Assembly (NCBI RefSeq): GCF_025526975.1
Contig: NW_026515673.1
Span: forward strand, 806,001-870,000
Reading direction: 5' to 3'
DNA length: 64,000 nt
Source: Fimicolochytrium jonesii
Lineage: Eukaryota
Both the position numbers and the translations under genes were made by a program. Positions within the stretch are counted from its first letter, which is position 1, and the number at the start of each line of letters is the position of its first letter. The notes under the pieces were generated by a model. The model did not search any database. It worked only from the letters and a program-made list of their open reading frames with translations, and was not told the origin of the DNA. This document shows, piece by piece, positions 34,801 through 46,190 of the stretch.

Positions 34801-36305
34801 GTTTGAGTTTGTGGTTGTCAAGCCGTTTGTGCATGGGAATTTTAAGGGGGAGGGGAGTCGGACTTGGAAGTCGAATATGACCAAGGTGCGGGCGGGAAAC
34901 GGCTTCACTCAGATTTCAGGGCTTCTGACGGATGTACGACCCTCTCTGACAGGTGGTCGGCCACCGCGGTCTCGGCATGAACAAAGCGGCCAAAGTCGCC
35001 GACGGCAAAGGACACCTCCAACTCGGCGAAAACACCCTGCTGTCGTTCATAACGGCCGGCGCGCTGGGCGCAGAGTATGTCGAGTTTGATGTGCAGCTGA
35101 CGAAGGATCTTGTGCCTGTTCTTTATCACGATTGTAATTTCCGTCTCCTTCTGTCTTGTGTCGTTGTTTGTTTCTGCTGTAACTGATCACCTTTCCGCCC
35201 CGCAGTCCGAGTCTGGGAAACAGGCTACGACCTCCCCCTCAGCACCCTCACTCTCTCCCAATTCATGTCCCTCCGTCCCAACGAGCGGCCCGGGATCCGG
35301 CGCACACCCACCTCCACCACCGCCACATCCACCAACGGCAACAGCGGGCGGGCAACACCCAATATGCTGCGTCGCACGATGAGCATGAGTAATGCGGCGG
35401 TGGAGGCGGCGAAAGCGGCTACCGGGGGGAGCGAGAGTTGGCCGACAAAGGGGAATGATGAGGGGTCGGTGCAGTTGCCGTTTGCTACGTTGGAGGATGC
35501 ACTTAAGGTCTGTGTTTTGTGCGGTAGTCTTCTGCAAGCTGGGAAGGTAGCGCGGGCTGACGGTGCTCGTTCGACGGGTGTTTGTAGACGGTTCCGACGA
35601 AAATCGGGTTCAACGTCGAAGTCAAGTACCCAAACCTCCAGGAAGCGGAACAAGACGAATTGCAGAACGCGGAGATCAATGTGTTCTGTGACCGAATCTT
35701 GGATGTTATTTTTTCGTTTGCTGGGGATCGGTGAGTCCCCACGATGCCTCGTGTTTAAGGAAGGGTCGCAAAAAGGAGATTGACGTTGACGCGTTTTTTT
35801 CGGGGATATTGTAGGAACATTTATTTCTCGTCGTTCCATCCGGAAGTTTGTTGGATGCTTAGCATGAAGCAGGTAAGAAAGAGAGAGAGAAAGAAAAAGA
35901 AACCGCCTTGTCGCTCTTCCCACCCCAGTCCACCTACCCAAAAACACCGCTCACCTCCTCTCCTCCCATCCAAAGAACCACTACCCAGTCTTCTTCCTAA
36001 CCGAAGGCGGGACGATGACAACCACCGACATCCGCTGTAACTCCCTCGTCGAAGCGGTGCGTTTCGCCTCCCGCGCCGGGTGCCTCGGCATCGTCACGCA
36101 CGTCGGGCCCATCCTCGAAGCGCCGGCGTTGATTCGCGCGATCAGGGAGAGCGGGTTGTTGCTGTTTACGTATGGCGGGATGAACAATGAGGTGGGGAAT
36201 GTGGAGGTGCAGAGGAACTATGGGGTTGATGCGGTTATTGTGGATAAGGTCAAGAGGGTGTTTAAGGCGTTGAGTGGGGGTGGGAGTGAGGGACAGCGGG
36301 GGTAG
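31814..36305 (+). CDS. GDE1: SPX-ankyrin-glycerophosphodiester phosphodiesterase (multi-exon)
   Basis: [25 protein letters not shown] (SPX); [11 protein letters not shown] ankyrin repeats; [45 protein letters not shown] (GDPD). Confidence 0.93.
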
Positions 36306-36621
36306 GATAGAGGACTTTTGATGGAGGTTTTTTTTTTTTTTTGAGGCGGAGAGGAGTAGGATGATGCATGTAGGAAGGGGAGAAGGAGCGACGTTTTTTT
36401 GAGTAGATTCGTGTACTTTCTTTTTGTTTGCAAACGGACGGTTCTTGAACAGTTGGGCTTTGCCTTCTTTGCGAGTCGTTCGAGGCCTCGGACACGCTGG
36501 CGCTGGGAGACGTTCGGACATCCACATCCGCCCACAAGTCGGACAACAACCGCTTTCACACTCTCGCCATCACGCCAACCACCCCCTCCCCTCCCCCCAA
36601 AACACAAGAGACAACGCCAAA

Positions 36622-37617
36622 ATGCTCGGCACATCATCCTACGAACAGCAACGCGCCCTCAAAATCGCCGCCAACAAAGCCCTTCTCGAATCCCTCGGGG
36701 TGCGCGAGGCGGCCGTCTCCTCCAATCCACCACCACCCGTGACTAGACCCAAAAAGAAGAATGTGGTGAAGACTCTGAAGAGGACTGTGGAAGACGGAGA
36801 GAGGGAGGGGGCGGAAAAGAGGGTGAAGATGGGTGGTGGGGAGGAGGAGGAGGAGGAGGAGGTGGAGGAAGTAGCGGATGGGGTTAGAGTGCGACGGTCT
36901 CGAAGATTGAAAGCGATTGCCGCGGACAAGACGGCCGAGGCCTTGAATGACGTTCAATCTGACACCGAGGAAGCGGAGTGCACCCCACCCTCGAAACACG
37001 GCCGCGCCAAACCCTCTCCCATCCAAAACTTCATCGGCGCGCACCCCACCGTCCCCCCGGGGACCGTCTTCCCGACGCGGCTCGCGTGCTCGCGGGCGCT
37101 CATCCACCGCCCGCCGGTCTCGGGCATCCACGGCACGCCAGCGCACGGCTGCTACTCGCTCGCGCTCTCGGGCGGGTACGAGGACGACATCGACCTCGGC
37201 GCCGCGTTCACGTACACCGGCGAGGGCGGGCGCGACCTCCGCGGCACCAAGGCCAACCCCAAGAACCTGCGCACGGCCCCACAGAGTAGGGACCAGACGC
37301 TGACCAAGGGCAATGCGGCGTTGAAGAGGAGCTGTGAGACCGGTGCGGCGGTCAGGGTCGTGAGGGGGTGGAGGCTGGGAGGGAGGTATGCGCCCAGGGA
37401 GGGGTATAGGTATGATGGGGTGTATAGGGTGGAGAGGTGTTGGTGTGAGACGGGGTTGGCGGGGTTTTTGGTGTGGAAGTTTGCGTTGGTGAGGGTGGAG
37501 GGGCAGGGGGAGCTGCCGGTTAGGGGGGAGGGGGAGGTGGAGGAGGAGGAGGAGGATGAGGAGGATGAGGACAAGGAAAATGAGAATGAGAATGAGAACA
37601 AGGACAGCGAGGAGTAG
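36622..37617 (+). CDS. Stand-alone SRA/YDG-domain protein
   Basis: IHRPPVSGIHG, YSLALSGGYEDDID, FTYTGEGGRDL, GNAAL, VRVVRG, YAP..GYRYDGVY; no RING, PHD or SET domain in the ORF. Confidence 0.93.
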   Translation: MLGTSSYEQQRALKIAANKALLESLGVREAAVSSNPPPPVTRPKKKNVVKTLKRTVEDGEREGAEKRVKMGGGEEEEEEEVEEVADGVRVRRSRRLKAIAADKTAEALNDVQSDTEEAECTPPSKHGRAKPSPIQNFIGAHPTVPPGTVFPTRLACSRALIHRPPVSGIHGTPAHGCYSLALSGGYEDDIDLGAAFTYTGEGGRDLRGTKANPKNLRTAPQSRDQTLTKGNAALKRSCETGAAVRVVRGWRLGGRYAPREGYRYDGVYRVERCWCETGLAGFLVWKFALVRVEGQGELPVRGEGEVEEEEEDEEDEDKENENENENKDSEE

Positions 37618-37794
37618 CGAGCAGTAAGCACCCTGTAGATTCCCATAGCCATGCACGGCCTATCTCATTACTTTGTAAATAACCCATAATCCGGCCCTTG
37701 CCAACGTTTTTATTCCCCGGGAAAAGACAACCAAACTACGCGCATCTCGTTGTCCAATCGAAAACACAATACTAACTCCCTACTTCCTTTTCAG

Positions 37795-38664
37795 CCCCAT
37801 CGACTGGAAAATGTCCAACTTCGGATTCTTGATCGAGTCCTGGCCAACCCGTCTCGGCTACGACGTCAGCGGAGAGATCACAAAAGTAGGATCCAAAGCC
37901 GCCGAACGAGGATTCAAGGCCGGCGACAAGGTCTTTGCCTTGACCACCGGAAACGCGTTCGGCGCCGCGGAGGCAATCCGCACCTTCAAGCTCCCATCCA
38001 ACCTATCCTTCGAAGACGGCGCCACCTTCCCAACTGCTCTGTCAAACGCCGTTTACACCCTTTTTGCCGATGACGGACTCAAGCTTGCCCGCCCCAACAC
38101 CCACACCAGGTGGTTCGCCCCTGAATAAGTCGTCATCTGGGGCGGAGCCACCTCTGTCGGCATGTACGCCGTCCAACTTGCCTCAGCGGCCAGCTACAAC
38201 GTCATTGCCACCGCAAGCCCCAAGAAAACCATGAGCTCGTCCGCAGCCTGGGTGCATCCCACGTCGTGGACTATAAGCGCGACGACGTGGTGGAGGAAAT
38301 CAAGAAACTCACCGCCGGGCGCGCGCGTGCTGGTCTGGACCTTGTCGGCCACGGCGACGCCATCGGGAAGTTGTCTCGAGTTCTGAGGGCGAACGCAGAC
38401 ATCCCCGCAAAGATCGTCTCGATCACCAGCCCGGACTTCAACTCGCCCGAGGGGATCAATTTCAAGTTCATTATGGGGCTTGCTCCCGCCGTTGGGGAGT
38501 TTGTGGCGAAGGTCCTTGATGAGGAGATGTTGGAGTACTTTGTGCAGGGGAGGTTGAAGGTCAACAAAGTTACCAAGCTGGAAGGACTGGAGGGAGTATT
38601 GAAGGGGTTGGATGATTCGGCCAATGGACGAGTCAGGGCAGAGAAGCTCGTGGCGGTTTTGTAA
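37795..38664 (+). pseudogene. MDR-family (enoyl-reductase-like) oxidoreductase pseudogene
   Basis: PIDWK, LGYDVSG, IWGGATSVGMYAVQLA, VVDY, RAEKLV; in-frame TAA at 38126-38128, a frameshift near 38226, and no 5' exon found. Confidence 0.8.
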
Positions 38665-39003
38665 AGGGAGGGAGAGCCTCTGGGCGTTACCTCCGGGATC
38701 TGATTAGGAGGTCGCCGAGTTAGCTATAGCCCTGCGATAGAAGACACTGTCCCGGCGTATGGAGCATTCATAGGCTGGCGCTTAGAATAAGATCTGCTTT
38801 TTGTGCATAGCCGAGAATAAACCACAATGCACAAGCTCATGGTCGCATGGTCGAGCGAATTGAATCCGCCCTACGGTCACGTGCCAGCTAGAATTAAGGA
38901 GCGTCGGTTTCGGCTGTGAATTTGAAGTTCCACATCCCGCGACCTCGATGCTGGGAAAGGTCCGACGCATCCCGCAGGACCGACGAGCCGCCTCCACAGG
39001 CAG

Positions 39004-41763
39004 ATGAGGAAGTCCGTGCTCTTGCGCGCAGAGCAATCTGCCAGGGCACGGTGGCAACAAACTAGTCCGTCCCCGCAATGCACCCGAGCCTCCGATCGGC
39101 ACGCTTACAAGGCGTCCGGGCATAACCAGAGTCCCAACCGCAACACATCCCGGAGAAGCCAAGCCAACAGCTTCCTGTTCCGCATACCCCTGAGCGCCTG
39201 GAACATTAGCGACTTCCTCGCCCCGAGCAAACGATGGCTGAGCTCCTCGCCCTTCTTCCGGTCCACAACACGACCAGCGGAGTCCGAACCGCCCAGAGCC
39301 CAACAAACGCAACCAGCAGGCAGGCGGAGCTTGAGAGAACATAGCGCCAACCTGAAACGATACCATGACGCACTACGCCAGCATGAGTCCCCGCAGCGGA
39401 TATGGCTCGCCTATGCGTCGCTAACCACCAAACAGCGCCGCATGTTCTTCACGCGGGACGATTACCTTGACGTCTTACACGTGGTGTTTAAACTCAACAA
39501 ACGCCGAGTAAGCGCCGCATGGAAGACGGTATTCGAGGACATGATGGCGTCCGACACGCAGCCGCTGCAGGAAGACTACGAGACGGGTATCGCGCTCTGT
39601 TCGCGATCACGGCAGGTCGAGCTAGCCGAAACACTCTTCAAGAACGCGCTGAAAAACAACGTGCAGTTAGGTCGGGGTGCGTACGAGAACATGATGCGGA
39701 TGTATGGCCGGGAGGGGGACGTGGAGCGAGCCGCGCAGACGTATCAGAGCATGGTTGCTGCGAACTACGAGCGGAATGCGGTTGTGTATGATGCGATGAT
39801 TGACGCGGCTTGCAGGTCGGATAAGATGCATCATGCAATGGTGCTGTTTAAGGAGATGGGGCAGGTTGGGCTAAAGCCTACCGTGAATACATTCGCGGCC
39901 TTGATTCTGGGGTGCGTCAAGTCGGAGCGGATACAGTTGGCGGAACAGTATCTGGCCGAGATGCGACGACACAATTTGGAACCGACTCTGCCGATATATA
40001 CCCTGATGATCAACGGATACAGCCGGGTAGGGAAGCTGGGGGCGATCTCCCGGATGCGCAAAGTCGTGGAGCTTTCGGGCTTCAAGCCCGACATGTTCTA
40101 CATGGCCACCCTGATCGCCAGCAGCTCGCGAGCGGGCAAGGTGGAAGAAACGCAGAGGCATCTGGAGACCATGCGGAGGAACCGGATGCCTCTGAACAGA
40201 GTGATCTACGAATCGGTCATCTCGGGCTTGCTCTACCACAGCGATCTGGAGGCGGTCATGACCATCACCGACCGGCTGGCGAAGCAGAATGTGGCGGTTG
40301 GGGACAAATTGCTCACGTACGCTATGGTGGCGTTCCGGAAGATGGGGGATTATGACGCGGCGAGGGCGCTGCTGGAGAGTTGGAGTAAGAAGTGGACACG
40401 GCCTATCCCTGTGGCGCATTTCAGGACTTATCTGCACATGTGCGCGTCGGCTGCAGGCGTCGCGGTGGCCCTGCAGGAGTTCCGGACGTTGGTGGAGGCC
40501 GGGAACAAGCCCCATACGAGCCTGTTGAACCCGGTGCTGCAGGTGGCGTTTACCGAAAACGGGGCAGAGCTGCCGCCCATCGTCATTCAAACGATGCTGG
40601 AACACAAACTGCAACCCGACAGCGCGACCTGGAGCATCATCCTCGCCAACAACCGCAACCCGACCATCGCCTTCATCAAAGAATGCATGTCCCACGAACG
40701 CGAACACGACTCAGCCGGCCTAGTCCCCCTCCTCCGCGCCCTCACCAAAACTTCCAACGCCGAAATCGCCATCGCCCTCGCCCACGAACAACTCGCCCTC
40801 GGCGTCGAATTCGACAAACGCGCATGGACCGCCTTAGCGCAAGCCCACGGCAGCAACCACGACCTCGACAACCTCGAAAAAACCCTCCACGAGCTCCGCG
40901 ATGACGGCTGGGCCATGGATGTCGTCGCCCACACGGCCCGCCTGCACGCTTACATCACAGCAGGCGACATGGTCTCTGCTCACAACGTCTGGCGCGACCT
41001 CTGCACCTCCGACTGCACCCCCACACCCATCGCCTACAGCATCATGCTAAAGGGCCTCATCACCCACCGCGACTTTCGCGCCGCATGGGCCCTGATCGCA
41101 GATATCCACAGCGCCGGCATCCACCTCGACACGGTGCTCTACACCCAACTCATCATCTGCGCCAGCCGCCTCCGCACATCCCGCGTCCTCGACATCCTCA
41201 CTGAAATGGACCACGCACACGTTGCACCGGATCTGGTCGCGTACAACACCATGTTGAACGTCTGCCGTAAACACAAGGACACAACCAGCATCCCTGTGAT
41301 CCTCAACCACATGCTCACACGCAACGTCGCGCCCGATGGGTTCACCTACACCGTCCTCTTCGACGCCTGCTTCTCCGCCTCCCCGGCCGCCGACCCGGAC
41401 GAAACTCTCCACGACGTGTTGCACCAGCTCGCATCCCATAACGTGCCGTTGTGCGACACGCTCCTGGAGCGATTGATGGCGGCACATGGACGATCGCGCG
41501 ACCCGGGGCGTGTGATGGAGATGTGGGGGTGGATAGTGGGTGCGGGGATTGAGCCCGGGGCGCGGGTGTTGGGGGCGACTATACGGGCGCTGTTGGGGTG
41601 CGGCTGGGAGGGGGCGCCGTATGCGGTGGAGGTTTGGGAGAGGGCGGGGGAGGTCGTGAGGGAGGCGGTGGGGAGGGGGGTCAGGGAGGTGATGGGGGAG
41701 GTGGAGGAAGGGACGTGGAGGCCGCAGGAGGGGTTGTTGCTGCAGGCGGGGAGGGCGTGCTGA
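39004..41763 (+). CDS. Pentatricopeptide-repeat protein, probably mitochondrial
   Basis: Repeated ~35-aa units (VVYDAMIDAAC...A..LFKEM...GLKPTVNTF; APDLVAYNTMLN; APDGFTYTVL) and an Arg/Ser-rich N-terminus. Confidence 0.93.
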   Translation: MRKSVLLRAEQSARARWQQTSPSPQCTRASDRHAYKASGHNQSPNRNTSRRSQANSFLFRIPLSAWNISDFLAPSKRWLSSSPFFRSTTRPAESEPPRAQQTQPAGRRSLREHSANLKRYHDALRQHESPQRIWLAYASLTTKQRRMFFTRDDYLDVLHVVFKLNKRRVSAAWKTVFEDMMASDTQPLQEDYETGIALCSRSRQVELAETLFKNALKNNVQLGRGAYENMMRMYGREGDVERAAQTYQSMVAANYERNAVVYDAMIDAACRSDKMHHAMVLFKEMGQVGLKPTVNTFAALILGCVKSERIQLAEQYLAEMRRHNLEPTLPIYTLMINGYSRVGKLGAISRMRKVVELSGFKPDMFYMATLIASSSRAGKVEETQRHLETMRRNRMPLNRVIYESVISGLLYHSDLEAVMTITDRLAKQNVAVGDKLLTYAMVAFRKMGDYDAARALLESWSKKWTRPIPVAHFRTYLHMCASAAGVAVALQEFRTLVEAGNKPHTSLLNPVLQVAFTENGAELPPIVIQTMLEHKLQPDSATWSIILANNRNPTIAFIKECMSHEREHDSAGLVPLLRALTKTSNAEIAIALAHEQLALGVEFDKRAWTALAQAHGSNHDLDNLEKTLHELRDDGWAMDVVAHTARLHAYITAGDMVSAHNVWRDLCTSDCTPTPIAYSIMLKGLITHRDFRAAWALIADIHSAGIHLDTVLYTQLIICASRLRTSRVLDILTEMDHAHVAPDLVAYNTMLNVCRKHKDTTSIPVILNHMLTRNVAPDGFTYTVLFDACFSASPAADPDETLHDVLHQLASHNVPLCDTLLERLMAAHGRSRDPGRVMEMWGWIVGAGIEPGARVLGATIRALLGCGWEGAPYAVEVWERAGEVVREAVGRGVREVMGEVEEGTWRPQEGLLLQAGRAC

Positions 41764-41972
41764 GCGCGGGGTGGATCAGACCGGCCTTTTGGGACTTGGC
41801 GCATTGAGTATTTTGGATGCAAAGGGTCTGTATATATACCACATTGAATACATAGGACCTAGACAAATGAATCTACTGTTCATTCAACATGAAATGAAAA
41901 CATGGCGTGTCCCTCAGACACCGCCGTACGCCCGGAATGAATTGCGGGTACGCCGTGTCATGTCACACACAT

Positions 41973-43525
41973 TCAAGGTTGTTGAGCAGGATAAGACCCC
42001 AACATCGTGATATCCAAACAGAACGCATTCATATCCGCCAACGCAGCCTTGACTTGCTCGTCGGCCATGTGACCCGTCAGCTCGAGGAAGAAGAAATAAT
42101 GCCTGAGGTTGTTAAAACGAGTCAAAGCTGGCCCAAACAAACTCAATCAGGCAGTGTTTCCTTTGCAAACGGGCACATACCAAGGCCGCTGACCCGAAGG
42201 CCGCGAATCGATCTTGGTCAGGTTGATATTCCGCGTTTTGAGCGTGTTGAGTGCGTCACAGAGCGCACCTGGTTGCCGGTGGTCCACTGTGAAGAACACG
42301 AGGGTGCGGTCGTTGCCGGAGGGCATGTCGGAGGCGTTGCCAAGGATGAAGAAGCGGGTTGTGTTGTCTGCGGAGGGAAATGTATGTGTGTGTGAGCGCT
42401 ATATCTGACGGAGTTCGACGAGAGACTACTGATTTTACCTGCAGCATCCTCGATATTCTTCTCCTCCACATCCAAGCCGTAGATGCTTGCGCATCCGAGG
42501 CTGCAGATTGCGGCTGCTCCGTGCTCGCGGGAGGCGAGCTCGGCGGCTTTGGCGGTGGAGGACACGTTCACTCGCTCTACGCCGCGCATGTGCTGGTTGA
42601 GGAAGGTCTGGCATTGTCCGAATCCCTGCGATTTGCATGCTCGCTCACATGAGCACCTGGTCCGAGTGAGTTCAACAAGCCGAACACACCTGCGCATGAG
42701 AATAAATCTTCCTAATCTGGCCCCTCGTCGTATCCTTATTCCTTAACAGCACATGATGCACCGCCAAATAATGCTCCGCGCGAATCTGCACCTTCCCACC
42801 GGGCAACGCACAAAACACATCCAGCGTCGGCTGCACGGACCCAAACCGCGAGTTCTCAAACGGAACCACCCCGTACGTCACCGACCCGCCCGCCACGGCA
42901 TCAAACACGTCCTTGATCGTCTCTTGCTCCACGTACTGGCAGCTGTCGCCGAAGCGCTCGAAGGCGGCTTGGTGGGAGTAGGTGCCCCGGGGGCCGAGGA
43001 AGGCGATCGTCGTCTCTTTTTGGAGGGAGATGCTGGCCGACATGACTTCGCGGAAGATGGACTGGATTGCCGAGGTCGGGAGCGGGCCGCTGTTGAGGGT
43101 TTCGAGCTATCTTTTCGGAAGATGGTCAGGATTTCGATTTCGGTGATCCCGGTTGTGGCCTCCCACCGGCTTTGCATACCCGCTCGTATATCTGCATTTC
43201 TCTGCTCGGTCTGTGGATATGCTCGTCGCTATGGAACACCCCTGCGTCATTAGCAAGCCCCGCTCTCTTCGCACCAAGCACTTCATCCCCACGTACGCGA
43301 CCCCGCCGGTCTTCTCGGCATCCTTCCGCTTCGCCAACCCTACATGTAACCTTTGGTAAGTAGTCTTCCGGGCTGTGAAGAGGAGTACACAAAAGTAAAC
43401 GTACCAATCCCGACGCTAATGGAGGCCCGCTCGTTCAGCAGGCGAACGAGTTCGGCATCCAGCGTGTCCACCCTTGCCCGGAGCCGGGGCAGTTCACCGG
43501 GAGTATCCTGTGTCGGAGCTGACAT
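41973..43525 (-). CDS. Bifunctional chorismate mutase (AroQ-type) / prephenate dehydratase with ACT domain
   Basis: LPRLRARVDTLDAELVRLLNERA (CM_2), NSGPL...IFREVMSAS, IAFLGPRGTYSHQAA, GVVPFENS..GSV, IYSHAQ, N.TRFF, LGSYP; several introns. Confidence 0.9.
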
Positions 43526-44051
43526 GGTCAGTTGTTTGCTGGCCGATATCTTGGTGAGCATGCGAGTTGGGCTCGGCTCGTTGTGATCGGTTCGTTGGGC
43601 GAAATGGGGGGTCCAAAACAGGTCCAAAATGACACTCCAGCGCGAGAGCGCGCTTCGATCATAGCCGGGGACTCGGCGAACATGAACCTCGATACCACCT
43701 CTCAAACTACCCACATTTTTGACGACCGGTCTATACACTCTGTATATGGTCAAAGAAGGTCAGATGCCACTCACTGACGGGAATAGCAAGACGGGCTGTC
43801 CGAATGTCACCCACATACCTGCTGTTTCAGACTCGTTGGAATTGAAAAACTCAAGTTTGAAGTGGTAATAGCTGTATGACGGTGGTTGCTCTGGAGCTTA
43901 GACGAGGCCACTGCATAAAGCCATTTTGCCAGTCGGTATTATGGCCGATCACCCCGATTATTCTCTCCAACGACCAGTAACATATACATTTCAAGTCAAG
44001 AGCCCATCGATCCCAGTCCTCACCTCAATATCCCAAAAAAAAACCCCGATC

Positions 44052-46190
44052 TCATCGCTCCTTCCTCGACAAAATCCTCCTCGGCGCCAATCCCCCATTC
44101 CCATTCGTATGCCCATGTTGATGGGTAACGTGACTCCCACCCTCCCTACCGCCCGCAACACCCGCCGGATGCAACGCACGTCCAAAGCCAAACGGGTCCG
44201 GGTCTTCTACACTACTAGCACTAGCATTGTTGGTTGAATTTGCGGTATGGGTATTCGTATTGTTGGTAGCCGCATTTCTACCCACCGACGCCGCAGAGAA
44301 CGGCGGTATCATCAACGGCGAGTTCTGAAACAACGAGAAGGCGTTATGCTGGTGGTGGTAATGATGCAAGTGGTGGTGGTGATGCATCCCCGGCGTCGGA
44401 GCCCGTGGCGGGGACGCCTGGATCAACGTCGGGGACGGGGTGGCAATGGTGCTGGTCGGCGTGTACGGCGGGGGCGCCGAGGAATACAATGCCGAGTTAT
44501 GGAGCTGCTGGTACGATCCGACAGGCCACGGTTGCTGTTGTTGGTGGTGGTGGTCAAGCGGCCCCATCCTCGGGCTCGCGACTGACCCTGGATGCGGGGT
44601 GGGTGTCACGCGATTCGCTTTCCTCAGTGGATGCTGCTGATCCCCACCCACAACCGCAAACCGTCTCAACAACCGTTCCTTCAGCCCGGCCTCAACCTTG
44701 ATCTCCTCCGCCAGGCGGTCGTGCTCGCTCACGAGGCTGACGTACAGGGTGGTGCGGTCCAGTGCCGCGGCGGTGTGGTGGTCTTCGGTTTGGAGGGTTG
44801 CGATGTGGTCTTTGAGTGTGGTTAGGGCGCGTTTTTTTGTGGAGAGGTGCGTGCGGAGGGCGCTGCAGGCTTTGCGTTGGGTTTTTAGGAAGTCGGTGTG
44901 GGCGGGGACCGGGGTTGAGGTGGGTGGTGGTGATGCTGTCACTTCGATAGCGAATGGCCGCCGCTTCGAATCCTCCATCTCCGCGGCAGGCGCGCTCTGC
45001 ACCTCCCTCGTCAACGCCTCCAATTTCTTCCTCGCAGCCCTTACTTTCACCTCTACCTGGTCGTTCCGTTTCGTCTCCTTCGCCAAAAGCCGCTTGTAGT
45101 GCCCAACGCCCTGCTGCAATTCCTCCCTTTTGTCCTCCAGCGCCTTTATCTTCGCCTTATGCTCGGCCCTGACGACCTCTGCGCTAGCCTTTCTGTCCGT
45201 ATACCCCTTCATCTCGGTTTGTATCTCTGCGATCTCGGCCTCCATCGTTTGTCTGGTCTCTACGCTTGATGCATTGAGTGCTTTTCGCTTTGAGGTCACG
45301 GTTGCCAGTTGATTTTCGAGGTTGGCAAGCTCGGTGTCCAGCGCGCTGTGGACGCTCGACTCTGCGGCGTTCAGAAGCTCGCTGACGACGCTGGCTGGCA
45401 TGGCGGCGGAGGTACCGGTGGCAGCGTCGCTGATGACCTCCATTGTAGGCTCTCGGGCTCTGGATGATGGGGCCGGCGAGGATTGCGCTGTTACAAATTG
45501 AACGACTTCGGAAGGCGCATTGAGTCTGAAGGAGGTGCTAGCCCACACCCGCAGTCTATGGTTCGTCCCCGGCTTCAATCCGATGATATGCACGGCCGTC
45601 TCCTTCTCCGCGGAGCTTCCAATCAAGAATCCGTTCAGCTCGATAATGTGGGTAACCGCCCCCGAGCCGCGTTTGGTGTTGGCGTTCCAGTACACTTTAC
45701 AGCTCGAGTCGGTGACGTCCGTGAGAATCAACACGGGTACGTCGGGTATTACGATTCCGAAGAAAGCCATGGCGGCCTGCAGCCGGCGGGAGGTGAGGTA
45801 CCAAAATTTCCAAAAAAGATAATAAATGCCAGTGACGGTGCAGTGGGCGCTCATCGAACGCATGAATGCAGGTGTGGGATACAGGCTCCAAGGTTTGTAG
45901 ATCCACAGGTAGAAGATCATGCTGGTAACGACGAGTGGCCACCATACCGTCCGCGTGCCGGTGGGCGAGTAGTTGAGGTTTCGCAGACCGTAGCAAAGGA
46001 AACAGTGGGCGAAGAAGTACGCCAGAATGACCACTGGTTTCCCAAAATCGCAATTATATCTGAAGGTGAGAAAGAGAGTGTGGATTGGATGAGTGATGTG
46101 GCACGTAATGCAATGTGCATCGTCAATGATGGAATCCAAGCTGGTAGGGCTGCGGGATGAAGGACACCCTGCTCTCTCTGCTTGCGACAT
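44052..46190 (-). CDS. Membrane protein with a fibronectin type III domain, coiled coil and low-complexity tail
   Basis: Hydrophobic N-terminal segments; TDVTDSSCKVYW...IELNG...GLKPGTNHRLRV.A (FN3 pattern); long heptad region; 5' exon structure uncertain. Confidence 0.7.
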   Translation of the reverse strand: MSQAERAGCPSSRSPTSLDSIIDDAHCITCHITHPIHTLFLTFRYNCDFGKPVVILAYFFAHCFLCYGLRNLNYSPTGTRTVWWPLVVTSMIFYLWIYKPWSLYPTPAFMRSMSAHCTVTGIYYLFWKFWYLTSRRLQAAMAFFGIVIPDVPVLILTDVTDSSCKVYWNANTKRGSGAVTHIIELNGFLIGSSAEKETAVHIIGLKPGTNHRLRVWASTSFRLNAPSEVVQFVTAQSSPAPSSRAREPTMEVISDAATGTSAAMPASVVSELLNAAESSVHSALDTELANLENQLATVTSKRKALNASSVETRQTMEAEIAEIQTEMKGYTDRKASAEVVRAEHKAKIKALEDKREELQQGVGHYKRLLAKETKRNDQVEVKVRAARKKLEALTREVQSAPAAEMEDSKRRPFAIEVTASPPPTSTPVPAHTDFLKTQRKACSALRTHLSTKKRALTTLKDHIATLQTEDHHTAAALDRTTLYVSLVSEHDRLAEEIKVEAGLKERLLRRFAVVGGDQQHPLRKANRVTPTPHPGSVASPRMGPLDHHHQQQQPWPVGSYQQLHNSALYSSAPPPYTPTSTIATPSPTLIQASPPRAPTPGMHHHHHLHHYHHQHNAFSLFQNSPLMIPPFSAASVGRNAATNNTNTHTANSTNNASASSVEDPDPFGFGRALHPAGVAGGREGGSHVTHQHGHTNGNGGLAPRRILSRKER

